DNA of 64,000 nt from Flavobacteriales bacterium (lineage in GTDB: Bacteria > Bacteroidota > Bacteroidia > UBA10329), in NCBI GenBank assembly GCA_018402015.1, contig JAGYJL010000008.1, positions 13,762 to 77,761 on the forward strand, in the 5' to 3' direction. Of this stretch, positions 58,736-64,000 are shown one piece after another. The number at the start of each line of letters is the position of its first letter. Position 1 is the first letter of the stretch. The position numbers and the translations under genes are program-made. The notes under the pieces were generated by a model. That model was given only the letters and a program-made list of their open reading frames with translations. It had not been told where the DNA came from and searched no databases.

Positions 58736-60854
58736 ATTTAGGGTTATAGATCATTTCTGCGTTAGCGTAGATCTCAGCTTTGTTCAGCGTAATGGATTTC
58801 GTTTGCTGATTGGCATAAAGTTCCATCTGATCGTTGTAGTGCTTTGACCATGACCTATTACTAGCACCATAAGGATGAAGGCTTTCCAGTTTCAACTCAC
58901 CATCTTTCCATTGAGCAAACTGAACGTAAGAATCGGCAACGAACGTTTTAAACCGTCCATTCGTGTATGGAAGGCTGTAGCTTGCTGCCAGCGCATCTGC
59001 AAATCCACCAACACCAACTTCCTTATCGCCCCGTGTGTGTATCTGTAGTTCGCCCAAGGTTACATCCAAGGTTTTGAAGTACTCCATTAGGTGCATATTG
59101 GCGTATTTCACCGCTTCAATGAACAGGTTGTCCTCCACATCCATTCCTTCTATGAAGGTTTCTGTTCCAAGTCCGAGCTTCTCAAAAATATAGTGGTACG
59201 TTAACAGGTACATCCCTGCAGCTTCATTGTCTTTGTCAACGCGCTTATCCCAATTCTGCATCTTCACAATGCTTTCAGCCACCTCTGGAAATTGGTTGGC
59301 GTCCAGTTGCATGAAATTATCAACTGAAGAAAGAAATGCACTAGAATCTGGAAATTGACAATCGAATTTCATTCGTTTCGCGTCTTCCAACGTTACTGTT
59401 TCGTATTCTTCTAATAGTTCAACTAAACGCGTGCTTCGGTTGTTGTCTCCTGGTTCAAAGCCGAAATACGCAGGGTAATCCATCGGATTCAAATTCTCGC
59501 TGGCGCACGTAGCATTGAAAGGCGTATTGTTGGTATTGAAAACGTAACCACAATTAGGATTAATGACCTGAGGTCGCTCGGCAATAGGGTGGAACTCGGT
59601 CCATAAAGTTGCTGATGTATCGCCAGGAAGTACGCTTGCCCAATTATAATCCTCATTTCGCACAGGGATTAAGCCATTATTCAGATACATGATATTGCCT
59701 TCTTTATCGGCATAGATCACATTGTATCGTGGGTGCGCTTCCATACTTAGGGCTTCGTAGAATTCATCGAAGTTCTTCGCCTTATTCATTCTGTAGATCT
59801 CTTCAATGGTGTTTATTCGCTGATTGGCAGCCAATCTCACGGCAAAAAAATCACCATCCTTAGAACGGATCGTTGCTCCGTATTTGCTCCAGTAGGTGAG
59901 TTTCGGAATAGGAACTGTAAGGATATTACTCAATTTCACTTTTAGGAAAGTGAGTCGCCTGTCCAACTCAAACCATTCTCCATCAACCTTGTATTCGCGT
60001 CTTTTCTCGTCACTCATGTGGAGTTTATAGACGTCTACCAGATCGAGTTTATTTACCGTATGTGCCCAACCCAAATTCTCATTGGTGCCGAGAAAAACAG
60101 ATGTGCCTCCTGGGAAAAGACCACCTATGATGTTCAATCCTTCATCACTGCACAAATGGGCCTCGTACCAAGAAAATGGTCCTTCCATAGGTTGATGCGG
60201 GTTTACCACTAGAATTGTGCTGCCATCGGCCGTTTTGTTTGGATTGAAAGCCATAGCATTTGAACCCAGCCATGTGCTGCCTCCATCATAATCTCCTTTA
60301 ATGATCTTGGCTACTTCATTATGTCCGCCAGAAACAATACAAGCGGCAAAAACATTTCCATAAACCAGATCTTTGCCTTCTATTGGAAATAGCCCCGACA
60401 AAAGCACTTCTTCTGGATAGGATTCAGCATAGCTGTTTAGACCTTGGGCATAACCGTCCAAATACTCCTTGAATTCTTCCGTGAAGACAGAATCGAACTT
60501 TGCGTCAACAATATCCTTGATTCCGAAGGCGTGAAGTAGGAAGTCGCGTTTTGCGCCATCTTTTCCCATTAACTGTCCCGAACGACCTTGACCTGCAATG
60601 AGCAATTCTTGCATGGTACCGAAATCGTCTTCTGCATTTGCCCAAGCAAGACCGTAAGCAACCTCATGATCTTGATCGGCAAAAATGTGTGGAACGCCCC
60701 AAGAATCTCTTACGATCTGGATCTTGGTGTGATCAACCTTATCGAAATGCGAGCCAGTTGAACTTAAAAGTTCCTTTTTACTTTTTGGAGGATTTGCACG
60801 CAGTGCGTTGGACGCTATCAAAAGCGCTGCCAGCAACAGGGGTTTCATGGACAT
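58734..60854 (-). CDS. Penicillin-acylase-family (S45 Ntn-hydrolase) protein, paralogue 1
   Basis: 706 aa with a signal peptide. WGVPHIFADQDHEVAYGLAWANAEDDF, and the autoprocessing site context LGSNAMAFNPNKTADGSTILVVNPHQP (Ser after Gly). Confidence 0.88.
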   Translation of the reverse strand: MSMKPLLLAALLIASNALRANPPKSKKELLSSTGSHFDKVDHTKIQIVRDSWGVPHIFADQDHEVAYGLAWANAEDDFGTMQELLIAGQGRSGQLMGKDGAKRDFLLHAFGIKDIVDAKFDSVFTEEFKEYLDGYAQGLNSYAESYPEEVLLSGLFPIEGKDLVYGNVFAACIVSGGHNEVAKIIKGDYDGGSTWLGSNAMAFNPNKTADGSTILVVNPHQPMEGPFSWYEAHLCSDEGLNIIGGLFPGGTSVFLGTNENLGWAHTVNKLDLVDVYKLHMSDEKRREYKVDGEWFELDRRLTFLKVKLSNILTVPIPKLTYWSKYGATIRSKDGDFFAVRLAANQRINTIEEIYRMNKAKNFDEFYEALSMEAHPRYNVIYADKEGNIMYLNNGLIPVRNEDYNWASVLPGDTSATLWTEFHPIAERPQVINPNCGYVFNTNNTPFNATCASENLNPMDYPAYFGFEPGDNNRSTRLVELLEEYETVTLEDAKRMKFDCQFPDSSAFLSSVDNFMQLDANQFPEVAESIVKMQNWDKRVDKDNEAAGMYLLTYHYIFEKLGLGTETFIEGMDVEDNLFIEAVKYANMHLMEYFKTLDVTLGELQIHTRGDKEVGVGGFADALAASYSLPYTNGRFKTFVADSYVQFAQWKDGELKLESLHPYGASNRSWSKHYNDQMELYANQQTKSITLNKAEIYANAEMIYNPK

Positions 60855-60945
60855 TGATATATAAACTGTTTTGGGGTTGTTATTCCCACAAAGGTCGTTC
60901 TTCTACAATATTGAAGTTTGAACTATGTATCAACAGTTTACGAAA

Positions 60946-63060
60946 TCAAGGCACAGGATGATAGATTGATTCAGCTTCTTGAAAAATCGTCTCACGATCC
61001 AATGTCATCGCCTTGGTTTGCATGTCTGCGTAGAGTTGCATCTGATCGGTGTAATGAGGCGAGTCTGGCCTACTGGAAGCTCCGAACGGATGAAGCGTTT
61101 CTATTTTTTCAATTTCTCCGTTTTTCCACTTTACGAAGTGAACATACGAGTCTGCAACCCATGGTTTGTATCTACCATCTTTCCATTCTTCGTTATAGTT
61201 GGCTGCCAATGCATCCGGAAAGCCAGCAAGTGGAAGATTCACATCGCCACGAACGTGCCTTTGAACTTCACCTAATGCTGGAATTTCACCATCATAATGT
61301 GTATCTATTTGCTCCTGCGCCCATCGAAGTGCTTTCAGGTAAGTTGTGTCAGGAATATTGACCGAGCGTTTGAATTCGCCATCGGAAAATCCCATCATAG
61401 AAAACACCTTTTGAAAGGTGATGAGATATGCTCCGGCTCCTTTGTTCTCTTTATTCCCTCTCTTATCCCATTCGTTGATCATGGTAATAAGTGGAGCCAA
61501 CTCTGGATAGTCGTTCGGGTTTACGTGAAAAAGGTTTTCGATGGAGTTCTGGTAAGCACCGCAGGCTGGAAATTCATAATCGAATTTCATCTCTTTCATA
61601 CGTTCGAATGAAACCTGACTGGAAGCATCCTCTTGCATCAGCTCCAAGAAACGTTCTGCTCTGTTGTTCTCGCCATTGTCGCTTATGCCGAAATAAGCAG
61701 GATAATCATCAAGACTTTGCCACTCGGATTTTGCCGTGGCATGCGCAGGATTGTTGTTCGTGTTGAATACCCAGCCGCTTTGCGGATTTATCGTTTGTAC
61801 AAGATCCTCCACATCGTGGAATTCGCTCCAAAGCGTCTTGTCAGAATTGCTTTTTACAACCTTTGAGTAATCCACGCCTTCGTGACGTTTGGGCATCACG
61901 CAGTTGTTCAAATACATCACCGTATCGTTCTTGTCTGCGTAAATGATATTGAACATGGAAATGGATTCCATTTGAAGTGCATCGTAGAATTCGGAAAAGT
62001 TCTTTGCCTTATCCATTCGGTACCACTGTTCTCCAACTTTTATTCTTTCGTTTGCTGGAAGTTTAACCGCATAGAAGTTCCCGTCAGGAGATTTCAGCGT
62101 AGCACCCAATTCACTCCAATAGGTCATTCTCCGCACTGGGAAAACGATTCCTTTTGCAAGCTTTACCTTAAGCCAAACAGGGCGCTTTTCTAATTGCTTC
62201 CATTCACCGTTAAACCGGTAAACGTTCTTTTTCTTCGGATGCATTTCCAATTGGAATACATCAACAAGGTCAAGGTGATTGAAAGTATGTGCCCAACCAA
62301 GATTTTCGTTATTTCCAAGAAAAACGGTAGAACTTCCCGGAAACATGGCTCCGTGGATGTTCAATCCTTCCTCACTACACAAGTGCGCTTCGTACCAAGA
62401 AAACGGACCGGTAACGGGTTGGTGCGGATTGATGCACAGCATCGAACTGCCATCATCTGTTTTGTTGCTATTGAAAGCAAAAGCGTTTGATCCGTAAGGG
62501 AGGTCAGAAGGCTCGTCTTTGTCGTAGGTGCCATTCATAATGTCTCCTACAGCTCCTGGAGTTCCGATCAAGGCACTCAAGGCAAACATGTATCCACCAA
62601 CAACATCTTTTGGGGTTATCGGAAAAACACCTTTTACTCGAACCTCTTTCCTGTGCTTTTTCGCATAAGCATTTACACCCTGACAGTAGCCTTCAACGTA
62701 TCTAATGTAATCGGGTGATAACTCCTTGAAATCTTGATCAATTCGTTCTCTGTAACCGATTGCGTGAGAGAAAAAATCACGTTCGGCTCCTTCAACACCC
62801 ATTAACTTTCCAGCCAATCCCTTGGCCGTTATGACCAGCTCTTGCATAGTGAAGAAATCGTCCTCCGCATTGGCCCAAGCAAGCCCGTATGCAACATCCG
62901 CATCGGTCTTTCCGAAAATGTGCGGCACACCCCATTTGTCTCGTACAATGGTAACGTCTTCAGGGTTTACGATAACAGAATACTGATAATGACCATCATC
63001 GGCCAATACAGATAAGTTAAGCCCAGCGAACATCGCGAGGCAGGCAAAAAAGTATTTCAT
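60946..63060 (-). CDS. Penicillin-acylase-family (S45 Ntn-hydrolase) protein, paralogue 2
   Basis: 704 aa with a signal peptide. WGVPHIFGKTDADVAYGLAWANAEDDF and YGSNAFAFNSNKTDDGSSMLCINPHQP. Colinear with paralogue 1 over the full length. Confidence 0.88.
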   Translation of the reverse strand: MKYFFACLAMFAGLNLSVLADDGHYQYSVIVNPEDVTIVRDKWGVPHIFGKTDADVAYGLAWANAEDDFFTMQELVITAKGLAGKLMGVEGAERDFFSHAIGYRERIDQDFKELSPDYIRYVEGYCQGVNAYAKKHRKEVRVKGVFPITPKDVVGGYMFALSALIGTPGAVGDIMNGTYDKDEPSDLPYGSNAFAFNSNKTDDGSSMLCINPHQPVTGPFSWYEAHLCSEEGLNIHGAMFPGSSTVFLGNNENLGWAHTFNHLDLVDVFQLEMHPKKKNVYRFNGEWKQLEKRPVWLKVKLAKGIVFPVRRMTYWSELGATLKSPDGNFYAVKLPANERIKVGEQWYRMDKAKNFSEFYDALQMESISMFNIIYADKNDTVMYLNNCVMPKRHEGVDYSKVVKSNSDKTLWSEFHDVEDLVQTINPQSGWVFNTNNNPAHATAKSEWQSLDDYPAYFGISDNGENNRAERFLELMQEDASSQVSFERMKEMKFDYEFPACGAYQNSIENLFHVNPNDYPELAPLITMINEWDKRGNKENKGAGAYLITFQKVFSMMGFSDGEFKRSVNIPDTTYLKALRWAQEQIDTHYDGEIPALGEVQRHVRGDVNLPLAGFPDALAANYNEEWKDGRYKPWVADSYVHFVKWKNGEIEKIETLHPFGASSRPDSPHYTDQMQLYADMQTKAMTLDRETIFQEAESIYHPVP

Positions 63061-63099
63061 GAAATTGAGAAATGAGAAGGATTGAACTCGTCAGTGAAG

Positions 63100-64000
63100 T
63101 TATGTATTTTTTGACGACTTGAGTTCCATCAATGTGATCTCTGGAGGAATTCCTATGCGCCCCATGTATCCTATGAAGCCAAGACCTCTGTTCACATAGA
63201 TTTTTTGTCCGCTTCTTTCGTAAAGCCCAGCCCATTGTTTGTATACGTACTGAACAGGGCTCCACTTGAAACCTGGAATTTCTATCCCGAATTGGAAGCC
63301 ATGTGTATGGCCTGAGAAGGTCAACTGAAATTTCTGAGGGTGATCGACAACCTGCGCTTCCCAATGGCTTGGGTCATGAGACAGAAGAATCTTAAATGGA
63401 ATGTTTTCCACACCAGCTACAGCCTTATCAATGTTGCCGTATTTTGGAAAATGACGGGATGCTCCCCAATTCTCAACTCCTACGATTGCGAGTTTTTCAC
63501 CGTCTATTTCAAGCTCTGCATTATCATTCAGCAGAATTTGCCAACCAGATTCCCGATGAATATCCTTCAGCCTTGCTAGGTTTTGAGTCTTTGCTTCAGC
63601 ACTTGGCCATGGGCCATAATCGCCATAATCATGGTTGCCCAAGATGGAATAAACACCATGTTTTGCTTTCAGTCTTTTAAACTCATTAATGAATGGTTCT
63701 GCTTCAGCAGAGGCGTTGTTTACCAGATCGCCCGTGAAGAAGATCAGGTCGGGTTTTAACTCGAGAATTCGGTCAAACGCAGCACGGAAAAACTCAGGAG
63801 AGCTGAAACTACCTGAATGTAGATCAGATATCTGAGCGATTTTTAAACCATTGAACGCAACAGGAAGGTCATCGAACGCAACTTGTACATTTCTGACCTT
63901 GAAATTGAACGCAGTGCGTGCCATGCCGTACAACATGGTGGCGAAAGGAATACTTGCAGCCAAAAGCCCTGCTCGAGAAACAAACGCCCTTCTATCAGGC
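63100..64000 (-). CDS. Calcineurin-like metallophosphoesterase (YkuE-like), 5' end outside the window
   Basis: Motifs FFTGDLVNN, ILGNHDYG and SGHTHGFQ. The reading frame stays open upstream of the listed Met to the window edge (…RRAFVSRAGLLAASIPFATM), so the gene is N-terminally truncated here. Confidence 0.85.
   Translation of the reverse strand, partial: PDRRAFVSRAGLLAASIPFATMLYGMARTAFNFKVRNVQVAFDDLPVAFNGLKIAQISDLHSGSFSSPEFFRAAFDRILELKPDLIFFTGDLVNNASAEAEPFINEFKRLKAKHGVYSILGNHDYGDYGPWPSAEAKTQNLARLKDIHRESGWQILLNDNAELEIDGEKLAIVGVENWGASRHFPKYGNIDKAVAGVENIPFKILLSHDPSHWEAQVVDHPQKFQLTFSGHTHGFQFGIEIPGFKWSPVQYVYKQWAGLYERSGQKIYVNRGLGFIGYMGRIGIPPEITLMELKSSKNT

Noticed and set aside
60918-62497. Plus-strand ORFs inside the second acylase gene (e.g. 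60918-61361, 61297-61611, 61882-62193, 62194-62490)
   Set aside because: They are antisense to a 704-aa ORF with strong family motifs, and no motifs of their own. They are shadow ORFs.

Overview
This 64-kb segment looks chromosomal and Bacteroidota (Flavobacteriia-like). The evidence is a T9SS-type C-terminal sorting domain on a secreted esterase, the parAB-DUF5683-dapB-lepB neighbourhood, TAnnTTTG-type -7 boxes and an rpsF-rpsR-rplI operon. The window starts inside an rRNA operon (23S, 5S, terminator). Most of it is housekeeping: dnaB, dnaX, icd, two adjacent aconitases, hemE, galK, dps/oxyR, parAB, dapB, lepB and ctp. The accessory or odd content is: (1) a heavily frameshifted IS256-family element whose right end is tandemly duplicated, followed by a 12-copy 21-bp tandem array and other hairpin repeats (5.0-7.15 kb); (2) an aceK gene (isocitrate dehydrogenase kinase/phosphatase) translationally coupled to a lipoprotein gene and convergent with an E. 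coli-type icd; (3) an A10 slippery run in dnaX with stop codons in both alternative frames; (4) a GC-rich ~7-kb RND efflux block with an XRE regulator and two unknown proteins (28.6-35.75 kb), bordered by a dense cluster of an 11-nt motif; (5) a structured non-coding stretch bounded by two terminators (42.7-42.9 kb); (6) tandem Ntn-hydrolase acylase paralogues. I found no tRNA, CRISPR array, prophage or recognisable defence system. I do not see a convincing novel multi-gene system, so the best leads carry modest scores. One caveat affects many calls. Single-base indels occur in universally conserved 23S positions and cluster in several otherwise well-conserved genes (IS256 transposase, acnB, acnA, lhgO, a surface-fibre gene). 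Many of the 'pseudogenes' may therefore be sequence-quality artefacts rather than biology.
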